64,000 nucleotides of DNA, from the NCBI RefSeq assembly GCF_009914755.1, contig NC_060930.1. One strand, 5' to 3'. Positions 42,018-56,114 of the stretch are shown here, one piece after another. The stretch's first letter is position 1. Every line of letters begins with the position of its first letter. The notes beneath the pieces were generated by a model that searched no databases, was not told where the DNA came from, and saw only the letters and a program-made list of their open reading frames with translations. Source of the DNA: the human T2T-CHM13v2.0 reference genome, Homo sapiens. A program made the position numbers and the translations under genes.

Positions 42018-44097
42018 TGAGTTCTTATTTTAAAAATGTCTCAGCATTATTAAAAGCAATTAGAAAACAAATAGAGCACTCCTTCTCAACTCTGGATTTA
42101 TCAGATCACCTTCCTAAACATAAGAGAAAGCTAAAAAATTAATGCATGAATGAATAAATATTATATATTTATATTCTACATGTTGACTGCTCTATTCAAT
42201 AAATTTACTATGTTTATTGAAAAATAATGTTTTCTGGGAAAATTACTGTCCCAACCAGAGATATCAGTTATTTATAATTCTCCATGATTAGTATTTGTTC
42301 CTTTACAATTAGAAAAAAACATACTTCAAGGGATAATTTATTAGTATAATATGCCCTGACTCTGGGGCCATTCTGCATGTATTAGAAGACTGGCTCTGAC
42401 AATTGTTAGATATGTGATCTTGGACTAGTTATTTGCAACTCACATCTCTGGGAAGACCTTCTTGGGCTATGCCAGTCTTTAATAATCTGTATTATTTATT
42501 CCCAAATATTAGTCAAAAATAAAATTCACTGATAAAATGAATACATAAAGTTAGCAGATTTAATAGACTTCTAAACTAATGCCCAAATAATTTAATTGTG
42601 CTAACCAATAATCAAATACCAACTATACTAATTTCTACCTAAAACCATAAAGAGTTGCCTACAATTTTTAGTATTTGATAAATTTCCTCAGTAAACTCTA
42701 ATATGGATTGAAGTCTGTTCAAATCGTATCGTTTGTGACATGCTCTATATATTCTATCTGAGGCTAGCAGGATGTGTTCCTAATAAAGCCTGCCACATAT
42801 TTATTACACTGGCAAAGCCAACAAACTTCAATTCTGTGTGTTCAATCCTTAAAATATAATTTAATATCTGTCTTTAACATTATTTTAACAATAATGTTAT
42901 AGATTGAAAGTAGATTAACAATAGATTAACATAGATTTAACAATATATTATGGACTGAAAATCAAAAGTATAAATATAACAAGGATAAGAAAGGTAAATT
43001 TATAATTTCAGTATTTCCTTTTTACTGATTTGTTATTACAATGCAGAGTTAAAAAAATACAACAACAAAAGAAGCTTCTTGTATTTTCTTGTTTCCTCCT
43101 TTTTTTCCTTACTGTCTTTCTGGGTAAGAAACATCCAAGTTATCCACCTCATAGTCACCCCTAATAGTTCTTAGTTTCTTTTCACTAAATAGCCTCTTCC
43201 AGCTTATCTCATTAACTCCCATGGGCTCAAATACCACACATATACCAATGACTCCTTCATCTATACTTACACTCTAAGCCTATATTCCAAAATACACTGT
43301 ATAGTTCCTAGCACAGGGCTTGACTCATAGTAGGATATTTAATAAATGAGGTTCAAATGATTGAGCAAGCTATTAGATATCGTGTTTCAGAAATGCCATA
43401 ATATCTTGTAGGCATTTCAAACTTAATATATCTAAAATACAATTCATTATCTTCCTCTCAATATTCCTGTATCTCCTATTTTCATTTATGGATTGCTATC
43501 CACTCATTCACCTAAATTAGAAGCCTCTGGCACCCTCAAATTCTACTTCTCTATCTTCACTCACATTCTAGACCTCCACGTTAATGATTTAACATCTCCA
43601 CTCTCTTACTTCAACCCCCTTCTCCTACCTCAATTATTAAATCACCTTTTAACTGGCCTTCCTAGCTGTAATGCCCTAACACCTTTTATGATTCTTCTCA
43701 TCTTACAATTAGTTCACATACTGTCTTCTCTATGAGGCCTTATTGTCTTCTTTAACACAGAATTTGTTACTATATCATCTGCATTCTCTAGTACACTTTG
43801 TTCATTCCTCTTACAGCAAATATCAAACTATGCAATCCCATCTACCTACCTATTTAAAAATAGGTTTCCAGTGAATACTAGCAGTGCTAGGGATGGGGCT
43901 GAGTTCTGCACTTCATTCCTACAAGGTTCTGTACAATCTGGGCCTGCTGCTACCTCTCTGAACTTACTGTTTTCTACTCTCCTCCTTGTTCCCTCCAATC
44001 TAGCTATACTGACCTCTTTGCTGTTCAAAATGCATACCAAGTACATTCCTGTTTCAGGATCTTGGATGGGGATGCTATTCTCCCAAACAACTTACAG

Positions 44098-44305
44098 CTT
44101 CCTAGCTTCCTTCCTTCCTAGCTTCCTTTTTTCCAAGCTCCCTTCCCTTTCCTTCCTTCCTTCCTCCCTCCCTCCCCCAACTCCCTCCCTCCTTCCCCTT
44201 CTCCCTCCCTCCCTCCCCTTCCCCCTCTCCCTCCCTCCCCTTCCCCTCTTCCTCCCTCCTTCCTTCCTTCCTTCCTCCCTCCCTCCCTCTCTTTCTTCTT
44301 CTTTG
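44098..44305. repeat. Polypyrimidine (CCTT/CCCT) tract
   Basis: Direct reading. Confidence 0.93.
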
Positions 44306-44436
44306 TCGTCATCTGAATTTTGCTTAATTCTCAGCTACTTTGTGAAGCTTTCCTTGACCACTCCATTTAAACAGCAACCCAACCCTACTCCTCAGGTGCA
44401 ACTCCCTTCCCTGCTTTGTCGTTATAATGTTTTTAT

Positions 44437-44765
44437 TTAACAGCCCTCTGCATCCATGGGTTCTGCATCCACGCATTCAACCAACCATGGATTGAAACTA
44501 TTCAGAAAAGAAATGCATCTGTAATGAACACATAGACTTTTTTCTTGTCATTATTCCCTATACAATACGGGACAACTATTTATACAGCATTTACATTGTA
44601 TTAGGTATTATAAGTAATCTAGAGATTATTTAAAGTATATAGGAGGATGTACACAGGCAATATCCAAATACTGTCCATTTTATATTGGGGACTTGAGCAT
44701 CCAAGGACCTTGCTATCTACAAAGGGTCGTAAAACCAACTACCCAGATACTGAGGGATAACCAGA
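44437..44765 (+). mobile_element. MER2
   Basis: CAGCCCTCTGCATCCATGGGTTCTGCATCC...TTCAACCAACCATGGATTGAAA. Confidence 0.8.
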
Positions 44766-45605
44766 CTACATTTGCTTAATGTCATTCTCCACTAGAAGGT
44801 AAGCTACACAAAGATGTGGAGTTTTACCAGTTTTGTTCACTGATACGTTCAGAGCATGTATAAAAGTGCCTGGGACACTGTAAGTATGCACTGGGTACTT
44901 ACTGAATGTATAAATGCTCTTGCATTCCCAGTACCTGCATGTGTACAAATTAAACATCTTTTTAAGTAAAATAACCCCCCCCCCCCCCAAAAAAAAGTAC
45001 AAAGTTAAAACAAGAAGGGATTTAATGGTGGAAAACATTTTTTGGTCCATTACATTGGTATGGTATTGAGAATGTGAGATGGTGTGAACCCATTTTTTCC
45101 AGGTCTTTCCATAAAAGAGACATTTTAAGTTCTAGGGAAAACTTTTAAATTTAAACTTTGAACATAAGCATGATGATTTAGAAAAAGATTTTCATATCCA
45201 AAGCAAAGAGAAGTTATTTTTAAAAATATGCTTATTATGTTATTTTTTCCCTGCAGTAGTTCAGTGAACATTAAGCACATTAATTTGCCTGTTATATGTG
45301 CATTTATATCTGCCTTTTACATTAGCTTTTAAAGTGTTTTACTTTCAACTCTTCATTAAATCTTCACTTCAAAATCAGACTAAAAAGACTGAGATAACAT
45401 TATGCCTCATAATGTCACTACTGAAGAAGGGAAAAAAAAAGGAAAAGTGGACTCCCACAAAAAACAAGCTTCACTGATTCTAAGTTGGCCAAAACAAAAC
45501 ACCTGTTCATGCCCTATATTTCTCAGACAAATTTAACAGCAATGAGATGTAAAAGACTTGATTCCTTTTAAAAAAAGTGGCAAGTATACACAATAACACA
45601 TATAC

Positions 45606-45669
45606 ATACAAACACCCATATAGACATTAATATGAAATACAAACACACCCACATAGACATTAATATGAA
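45606..45669. repeat. Two-copy tandem duplication, 31/33-bp unit
   Basis: ATACAAACAC(AC)CCA[T/C]ATAGACATTAATATGAA occurs twice. Confidence 0.9.
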
Positions 45670-47134
45670 ATAAACTGGAGTCCTACTAAGCATAAACTCA
45701 CTTATTCTCAGAATGCCGTAAGATCCTTGGGAGGCAGATTTGAAGAAAGCATACTAAGATCATTATATGACTTGTGACACATGAGCCTTACAAAAGGCCA
45801 GCAACGAAATCCAGATTCTGAGTTCTAAGCTATCATTTAGAGAACTCCAAAATAGATGATACTGTTGTATACTGCATGGGCAAGATAAATTTCTAAACAA
45901 GGCCATAAAACTAAGTGCACTTTATAAGGATGATACATGTAATCGGACTTACTCTCCCCTCTGTGCTGCCACAGTGTTTTATACGCATGCCCTGTTGAAT
46001 TTACCACCATCATATTATAACTATTTCTTTGCCTGCTGGACTCCCCAGATAGACTGGAAAGCCTCTGAGGGCTTTCATCTTCCATTTCTCGCAGTGCTTG
46101 GCAGAGTCTCTGTTACATAGTAGGCTCTCCATAAACAATGCTTGATGAAATGCTTCAATTAACTTTTGAAAATATTAAAAATGTTTTTATTTTTTAAACT
46201 GAATAACAGTTTTCATTAGAGTACTTCTATTAAAATGTGTTATTTCTGGTTCTTCTCAAAAAAAGGATGGAAACCAGTTAGAAATCATTCTTAACTTTTA
46301 TTCCTTATGAATTACAGTTGAATGTTTTCTTAGAGAAAGTTGAGGAAAAAAGTAAATTGTCTGAAATAAGAACAATGTTCCACTTTTTACTTATTAACCA
46401 TTTATAACACAAAAATCTCTTACATTGTTTAAAAAAAAATGACCAGTCACGCATATAGTCATTTGTCACTTTCCATATTTCTCAGTAACTTTGCTCTCAC
46501 ACTGGTAGGCAAGTTGCTGACTAAGAACAACACAGTGATTCTTTACATTTTCATTCACTTTTCATTCAAGGAAAAGGCTTCTTAAAAATGTGCATTTAAA
46601 ATTCTAGAAAATACAAATCAACATTATCTCTAAGTCTCTATCATTACCAGAAGGTCTGGTTCCTAAACCTAATTTCCATTGTTAGTTAACATCTTCAATA
46701 AGTGATGGATATTCATTTCCAGAAAACATTACCAGTAAATTCTATTATATCACAGACTGTTCACTATCCAGACCAAACTGACTAAACCACAAAATGCAAA
46801 AGTATGCACTTCACTTCTCTAAGGGAAACCTTAGGGCTATTCTGAGTATAGTTTTAGCAGATTATGACCTAAGGGTAAATGAGAGCTTAATTAGATAGCC
46901 TCCTTCTGAATTTCCAGAGCTTTCAGTAGACACAAACTAAAATGTTTAAAAACTAAAAATTTCTTGTCACAGATTTAATTTTTTAAAAAGTTACTCTGAG
47001 ACATAAGGATTTACAAAGGAAATAAAAAAAACTGTTATTTTTGTGATACAAGTGCTATTTCATTTTTCCCCCAGAGGAGGAAACATGAAGAGCTGCTTGC
47101 TTGGTTCCAGGCGGTGCCCATCCTAAGCAAAATT

Positions 47135-47197
<63 letters not shown>

Positions 47198-47459
47198 AAA
47201 TAATAATAATTTTTTAAAAATTGGATCACTTACCACAGAATCACAGAATATAATGGCTGAAATGAACACTGATGTGAAATATGCGAAAACAAGTATATAT
47301 GATTAATTTGGAGAAAAAGACCTTTTATTTTGTGAATTAAAATATTTTTCATTATCAGAAATGTGTCCAACATTTTGTATATATAAATATATACACTGTA
47401 ATAGTGAAGAACTAAAGATGGCTTAAAATTATGATTGATTGATTCCTTCCTTCCCCCCT

Positions 47460-47462
<3 letters not shown>

Positions 47463-47493
<31 letters not shown>

Positions 47494-47834
47494 AGACAGG
47501 GTCTTGCTCTGTCACCCAGGCTGGAATGTAGTGGTACAATCATGGTTCACTGCAGCCTCAACCTCCTGGGTTCAATCGATTCCCCTCTGCCTCAGCCTTC
47601 TGAGTAGGTGGGACCACAGGCATGTGCCACCACTCCTGGATAATTAAAAAAACATTTTTTTTAAAGAGACAGGGTCCCACTGTGTGGCCCAGGTTGGTCA
47701 TGAACTCCTAGGCTCAAGTGATCACCTGACGGGATTACATTGGTATGGTATAGAGAATATGAGATGGTGTGAACCCATTTTTCATACCCAAAGCAAAGTG
47801 TTGGGATTACAGGTATGAGTCATCTTGCTCAGCC
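47463..47834 (-). mobile_element. AluJ with a non-Alu insertion at 47734-47798
   Basis: T30 tail, J diagnostics; left arm interrupted. Confidence 0.92.
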
Positions 47835-48971
47835 AGAATGGAATACTCATTTTCTTCAAAGGCATGTATTAAGTGTATTATCAGAAAAAAAAAGTTATAG
47901 AAAAACCTATTTTAAAATCTAAGTATTTGGAAATATATTTTATAACAACATCATTTTATATGCCCAATTATCTTAAAAATTGAACTGTCCATTTCGATTT
48001 GAGATTACAAAATTATAAAATGCATTTTATGGTTGATAGTAAACTATATTAATGTAGTCATATCGTCAAACTATAAAAAAATAAAGTTATGCCTGGTCAA
48101 AATAATTTAGCTACTTTATAACCAACCCTCTCATCTCACCTGTTGCAGCCATATGGCATTGTTGTAATTCTTCCTTCAATTCTCACTTTTGAGTAAACTG
48201 ATTACTGAGTTTCCTTTACCCTAGAGGCAAAGCAGTGAGTTGCAAAACATTTACTACTTTCACCACGGTATAAATTATGTTCCGATAAAGTAGCTGAAAC
48301 CTTTCAAGTCTTCTACTTTATATAATAAAAACCACTTATTGAAATGTTTTCAACAGTATGCCTGAAAGTTATATTTAGAAATAATACATATGTACCACAG
48401 AAATATAGATTTTAACATAAGACATTTACTAGGTTTAGTTCTAAGAACATAGTGCTTTCCCTTTCTAAAATTTAGTGGGAAGTTAGATAAATTTAAAATA
48501 AAAACATTCAATGATTAAAGTAGTTCTGAATATAGTTATAAAGATACAATCTATTATTCCTATTGCACTGTAAGACAAACAAATTTTGGTATTTAAAACC
48601 TTTCACTTGTAGTAAACATTTTCCTGTCCTCTATTTTCAAATGACAAGTCTCTGAAATGAAATAATAACTTGCTCAAGTCACAGCATTAAGCAACAGAAT
48701 ATGGATCTAAATACAAATGCCTCTGACCTCCGGCTAAGTGCTACCAGAATCTCATGTATTTATTTAAATAGGAAAAATAAGACACTTCTAGAGTCCCTAT
48801 TCAAGCTAATCAAAATTGCTTATTAATAACATCTTCAAAATCATGATGATGAAATGCCACCACAAAATCTTCAACATTAGGCAAGTTTTATTATTAAAAG
48901 TGTTATTTGCATTCAGTTTTTTAAATGGTAATCTATTCTTTATATTGTAACATCTGATTTGCTGGGAGTCA

Positions 48972-49419
<448 letters not shown>

Positions 49420-49420
<1 letters not shown>

Positions 49421-49790
49421 GGATTGTGTACATCTAGAGTTCAGAAAAGAGGTATGGGTTGAAGATAAATATCTGAAAATCACTGGCATATGAGTTAAAG
49501 TCATGGGATCACTAAGGGAGTGGGCATATATAGGGAATAAAACAGGGTCAAATTGCAGTGAAACCATCTTATAAGACATGGAAGAAAAGAGGAAAAATTA
49601 GCAAAGGAGAATGAAGAGTGCCTAATGAGATAAGAGGCAAAACAAGAGAATGTGGTATCCCAGAAACCATGTATTTAGAAGTGATCCAATGTGTCAAATG
49701 CTGCTGATAGGTTAAGCAAGATAAGAACAAAGAATTGACCACTGGAATTAGCAATGAAAAGGTCACTTTTGAGCTTGAAAAGAAGAGATT
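49420..49790 (-). mobile_element. L2 fragment
   Basis: GTGTCAAATGCTGCTGATAGGTTAAGCAAGATAAGAAC...GACCACTGGAATTAGCAA. Confidence 0.7.
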
Positions 49791-50043
49791 AGAGATTTCA
49801 ACAAATTCATAGAAGACGGAAAACGATTAGAAACATCTGTCTGAAAACATTATTGGAGGGCTGTAGTAGATATAGAAGCTATCTGACTATGAAACCTGTG
49901 AATTTGGAATCAGCATATTTGTATGGGGGAAAACCTGACTGAAAACCAGGAGAAGTAACAGAAGATTCATTTGTACAATACGTAAGCTAAACAGGCTGTG
50001 AAATCCCTGGAAAGTGAAGGATGCCCAGCATTAACAGCCTGCC

Positions 50044-50074
<31 letters not shown>

Positions 50075-50495
50075 GGAAACATTGATTGATTTAGGAAGGT
50101 GTAATGGCAGAAATCAGTGTCTTTAAATTCTTTCTTAACTTACCCCAGACACATAAGTCTGAGGCTTTAATATATTCACAACATTTTTACCATTTTTATG
50201 ATGTTATAGCATTTACCAATGGGAGAACACTGATCACACTGTAGTGAGTAACTGTCTACTTCTAACAAAAAACTGTTGACTCTTGAAGGCAGGGTGTATA
50301 ATTTTTAATCTGAACAACTAGCACAAAACATATCGTCTGGCCTACTATAAGCAGTTCAGAAGCTGAATACATCAAGTGGTTTCTGAAGGATAAAGGCTGA
50401 ATTAGAAATTTGGTGTTAATTCCTAATCTGAAGTTCATTCCTCCACGTATCAGTGCTTCTGTCAATAAACAATTGTAACAAAACATTTTTGGTAA

Positions 50496-50853
<358 letters not shown>

Positions 50854-50867
50854 TAGAAAAGTGTTTT

Positions 50868-51170
<303 letters not shown>

Positions 51171-51425
51171 TTTTTTCTTTTTTCTTTTTGAGACAGGGTC
51201 TTGCTCTGTCTCGACCTCCAGGCTCAAGTGATCCTGCCATTTCAGCCTCTTGAGCAGCTGGGACTATAGGCACATGCCACTACACCTGGCTAACTATTTT
51301 GTATTTTCTGTAGACAGAGCTTCGTCATGTTGCCCAAGCTGGTCTCAAACTCCTGAGCTCAAGTGATCTTACACCTCAGCCTCCCAAAAGTGCTGGGATT
51401 ACAGGCATGAGACACAGCACCTTGT
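51171..51425 (-). mobile_element. AluJ with internal deletion
   Basis: Antisense Alu missing part of the right arm. Confidence 0.88.
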
Positions 51426-51999
51426 TGAAAAGCATTTTCTTAAGAGAGGAAAAACTACAGGTTGCAAAATGGAATTATATGAAGTATCTCAAGATTTTTT
51501 GATACCTCTGGGGATTATGTTCTTAGAGATGGTCAAATTCTAAGAGAAACAGAGGCTAGCAAATGGAGTTCTGTTGTTGCTTTTGTTCTATTTTAATGTC
51601 TGTGGAATAAAGGATTGTCCCCCAACCGAACCCATGCCCTGTAGATTTTGGCCAGATTACACAGATGAGAGAATACTTTGATTTTAATCATCTTAAAATC
51701 TCAATGTTATCTCATTACATGCCAAAGACGGCTTAAGGGTGGTACTCGTGTAGAAAGCTAAAGTTTGGAAAGTTAAGTGTTCTAGTGGATTACTCAAGTT
51801 TAAGATGCTTGACAACTTTCTTCTTGAAATTACTTCATCTTAATGCCTTTTTTGGCATGCTTCTAAAAATACTATATCCATTATTTGTCTCTTTGACATG
51901 TTCCTTTTCCTATAATCATCACTTAACAAATTTTATTAAGTTGTATCTTAAAATATCTTCCACTCTTTTGGCAATAAAACAAACTGTATAATTTCAAAC

Positions 52000-52046
52000 T
52001 AAAAAAAAAAATCAAAAAAGCCTCCCATAACCTCATACTGTTTATT
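52000..52046 (-). terminator. Polyadenylation signal and U-rich downstream element for the short AHI1 isoform
   Basis: AATAAA on the minus strand at 52041-52046, about 180 nt after the stop, followed about 20 nt later by a U-rich tract (plus-strand A-run 52001-52019). Confidence 0.65.
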
Positions 52047-52059
52047 CTCCCAATATTTT

Positions 52060-52250
52060 ATGAGTTTCAAAGTATTAAATGTATTGTGTTGATTCTGACA
52101 ATTCTATGAAGTAGGAAATGTGGAGACATTTATCCGAAGAGAGAAAGTGAACTACCTAACAAAACAGTTAGGAAGTGGTGGGATCCCAGGTCGGCTCAGT
52201 TCTTCTGGCTGGCTGACCCTGAGTCTAGTGCTTTTTCCACCATAATATAC
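52060..52250 (-). mobile_element. Degraded MIR overlapping the end of the short-isoform CDS and its 3'UTR
   Basis: Minus strand GTATATTATGGTGGAAAAAGCACTAGACTCAGGGTCAG resembles the MIR 5' end; CCTACTTCATAGAATTGT resembles the MIR 3' core. Confidence 0.6.
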
Positions 52251-52277
52251 ATGTGTTGAATTCAGCAAAGTGACTGT
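52225..52277 (-). CDS. AHI1: AHI1 alternative terminal exon of the short SH3-less isoform (DSHFAEFNTCILWWKKH*)
   Basis: Acceptor atttgttttccag|ACAG with TTAAC branch-like motif. G+53 nt = 17 codons + TAG. Matches the recalled C-terminus of the short AHI1 isoform. Confidence 0.88.
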
Positions 52278-52843
52278 CTGGAAAACAAATTCTTGTCGTT
52301 AAAAACTGCATAATAAAAACATTTTTGATTCTTTTTAGTACCATAAAAGACATTTAAGGGCATCTGCCTATAGAAATCAGTTAATTTTGTAGATTACCTA
52401 TTAATCTACAATAGTGAATTAATGCCTTTTACCTATTGTACCACCTGAAACACTGGAATTTTGAAAGTCTGAAACCAGAATTAAATCAAACATTCTTTTT
52501 CAATTAACAGTTTAAAGTTCATGAAGTAATACTAACAGAAAGCTCTGCCAATTCTGACGAGATGAGAAAGTCTTTGAAGCTCATTTTACCTTCCTTAAAA
52601 TGGAAACCCCCTTATACCATCAGCTGTGTTTATTGAGAGTCATTCTAATTATTAATTTTTGCCAAAATGTTTTTTCTTTGAAATACAAGAATCATCATGC
52701 TTCCAGCTTAGATGTAATCTACCTTCTACAATGGCTTATACAAGAATATCACAGAATCTCTGGTGAAATTATGATCCAGGATTCATTTCACATTTCAGTT
52801 GTCTAAAAAGTTTTACATTTCTCTATAAAAAATTAAAACTTCA

Positions 52844-53270
<427 letters not shown>

Positions 53271-53272
53271 AC

Positions 53273-53593
<321 letters not shown>

Positions 53594-54159
53594 TCAACAT
53601 GTCGATGCACAAGAGTTAGCTTGACAGATCTCTTAACCAATACCACAGTCACTGAATAATTTTATGATCTTGTTTAAATCAAATATTTTCACTGTGAAGG
53701 AAAATAGGATATGGCAAAACATTCGATTAAATGGTTGGTTATCAAGTTTAACATAGTTTTACAAGGTCTAACGGAGAACACAAATAAAATTTGGAGAAGA
53801 CAGAAGCTATTCATAGTTTTAAAAAATCATGTCATCCCTATCACCACACTGTAAGTTTACAATTAATAAAGATAATATGAAGAGTGCATGAATAAAGTCA
53901 TATTAATAAAATGATTCATTTTCTTTTGTTTGACTCGACTTATCGATTTAATATGAATTAAATTTAATTTAGAGCAATGCTGTGAAAATATATACAAAGT
54001 CCATAAAAATGAAATATGCTGTCCTTCAAATATAAACATGCAAAGATGATACAACTACCACATTGCCAGTAGTAACACTTCCTGCTAATTTCTCTCCCCT
54101 ACCTACCCATAACAGTGATTTTTATTACTGAATAATCCACATTTTAAAACTTAGTTTTA

Positions 54160-54378
54160 CAGCAAGCTTGTCCAACCCATGGGCCACATGATGACTTTGA
54201 ATGTGGCTCAACATAAATTCATAAATTTTCTTTAAATATTATGAGTTTTTTTGTGTTTTTTTTTATTTTATTTTTTTTAAACTCATGAGCAATCGTTAGT
54301 ATTAGCGTATCTTATGTGCGGCCCAAGACAAGTCTTCTTCCAATGTGGCCCTGGGAAGCCAAAAGATTGGACACCCCT
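54160..54378. mobile_element. MER30
   Basis: Ends GGCCCTGGGAAGCCAAAAGATTGGACACCCCT. Confidence 0.8.
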
Positions 54379-55503
54379 CTTCTATAGTAGGGACTCTTGA
54401 GATGGTTGAGTGTGATCTTGATTCAGATAAAATAACATAGAATAAAACTTCTCTGTACAGAGCCTGTTGTTTGGACTGGAGACTACATACCATAATTACT
54501 GGAAACCAAGCCTTAAAAAAGTCTAACAATTGACAAACATAATTATATTTAAAGGTTAAAGAAAGATGTAAGTTCATTAATCCTCAGGAAATAGGATGTC
54601 CTCCTTGACACCTCAGTCTCAAAAACCACACCTTTTCCAAAGAGTTATACTGTTTATATTATTACTTTGCAATATATCTTAGAACTCTAAAGCTAGTAAA
54701 AAAAAGAAGGTAATACTCATAGCCAGAGGGCCCACTTAGCAATGTGGCAGGACAACGAATGAAGGAGTGGCTCTAGACAGTCTCCCTGAGGGCTGTGAGC
54801 AGGGAGCCCACTTCATCTCCCTAAACATGTACCGTCGTCTAGGAATAGGCAGTTTGGTATGGTGAGGATAAGAAGTACTGAGCTAGACATGACTGCCACT
54901 AGCTATGTGAATTCTAACATGTCAGCCTCTCTGATTCTCGGTTTCACTGTACAGAAATTGAGTAATAAAAGTTTTGAGGTCCCAGAAGCTCTAAAATGAT
55001 TTCACTCCCTATGATTTTCATGTTTACTCTACTTTTCAGAGAGTTTTGTTGAAGATCAAATAAGGATATATATGAAAGCACTTTATAAATTTTCATACAA
55101 ATGCAAGTTGCTGTTATTGTTTCATAGATTTTCTTCATTACACTAGAAAAGCATGGAAACAGTTTTGAGATACAATATAAGATGTTTACTACATGGTAAG
55201 GCATTTAGATGGGCTATGCCCTAAAATTAAACAAAAAATGTTAAAATTGTAATTTTTTTCTTCTAAAAATTACTCAGGGAAGATGTTATAGTTTTAATTT
55301 TTATAGGATTATCTGATTTGTTAAGAACTTAGACTAATAGCTTAATGAACAGTTCCTAAAATAAGCATCTCATAGGAGCTGTATCCAGCTTTTCTGGATA
55401 CAAGTAACCTATTACTCACATAGATGCCAGCTGTATTCAAAGAAAAAAATACATTTTAGAATCCCTTTCATATTCATTCCTTGGATAATTCTTTTACCTA
55501 GAG

Positions 55504-55804
55504 CAGCAGTACCCAACTTTTTTGGCACCAGGGACCAGGTTCATGGAAGACAATTTTTCCATGGACTTGGGGGCAGGGGATGAGGAAAGGTGAACGGTTT
55601 TGGGATGAAACTATTCCACCTCAGATCAGGCATTAGATTCTCATAAGGAGCTCACAACCTAGATCCCTACGTGTGCCGTTCACAGTAGAATCTAATGATG
55701 TCACTGATCTGACAGGAGGCGGAGTTCATACAGTAATGCTCCCAGCTCTACCACTCACCTCCTGCTGTGCACCTAGGCGTGTGGGTCGGGGGTCAGGACC
55801 CCTG
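55504..55804 (+). mobile_element. MER1B (hAT-Charlie)
   Basis: CAGCAGTACCCAACTTTTTTGGCACCAGGGACC...GGACCCCTG; 8-bp TSD ACCTAGAG / ATCTAGGG. Confidence 0.82.
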
Positions 55805-55959
55805 ATCTAGGGAATAAAATGTGAATTCCTCAGTGCGGTATGATTTGACCCAATCTACCTCTGCAAACTTAGTTCGCCTTAAACACATTCATCTCACCTT
55901 TTCCAGTCAAACCAAGACTCAAACCACTCCCCAGCCATACCAAGCTCTCTTCTAAGTAT

Positions 55960-56114
55960 TGTTAAAAAAAAATTATTCAATGATACTTGTTAAAGCACAG
56001 TAAGAAAGACTTTATTCAGGGCTACTGCAGTAGGTACAGGGACTACTGCAATGGGATTTTGCAGTTGGGGAGAAAGATTGGCTGAACTCCAAATACAGCA
56101 TGGGCAAGTGGGAA
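55960..56114 (-). mobile_element. ERV1 LTR 3' fragment (MER31-like)
   Basis: Ends ...TTTAACA on the minus strand, with AATAAA at 56011-56016; matches recalled MER31. Confidence 0.65.

Larger units (their letters stand above)
43370..44910 (+). mobile_element. L2 fragments, interrupted by a pyrimidine tract and MER2
   Basis: L2 body motifs and 3' end (TTTTGTTCACTGATAC...GTGCCTGGGACAC). Confidence 0.6.

Noticed and set aside
43871-44440. 189-aa ORF
   Set aside because: Runs through an L2 relic and a C/T tract; low complexity.
47060-47190. A29-(TA)n tract preceded by unique sequence (possible orphan retrocopy)
   Set aside because: No poly(A) signal, TSD or recognisable parent.
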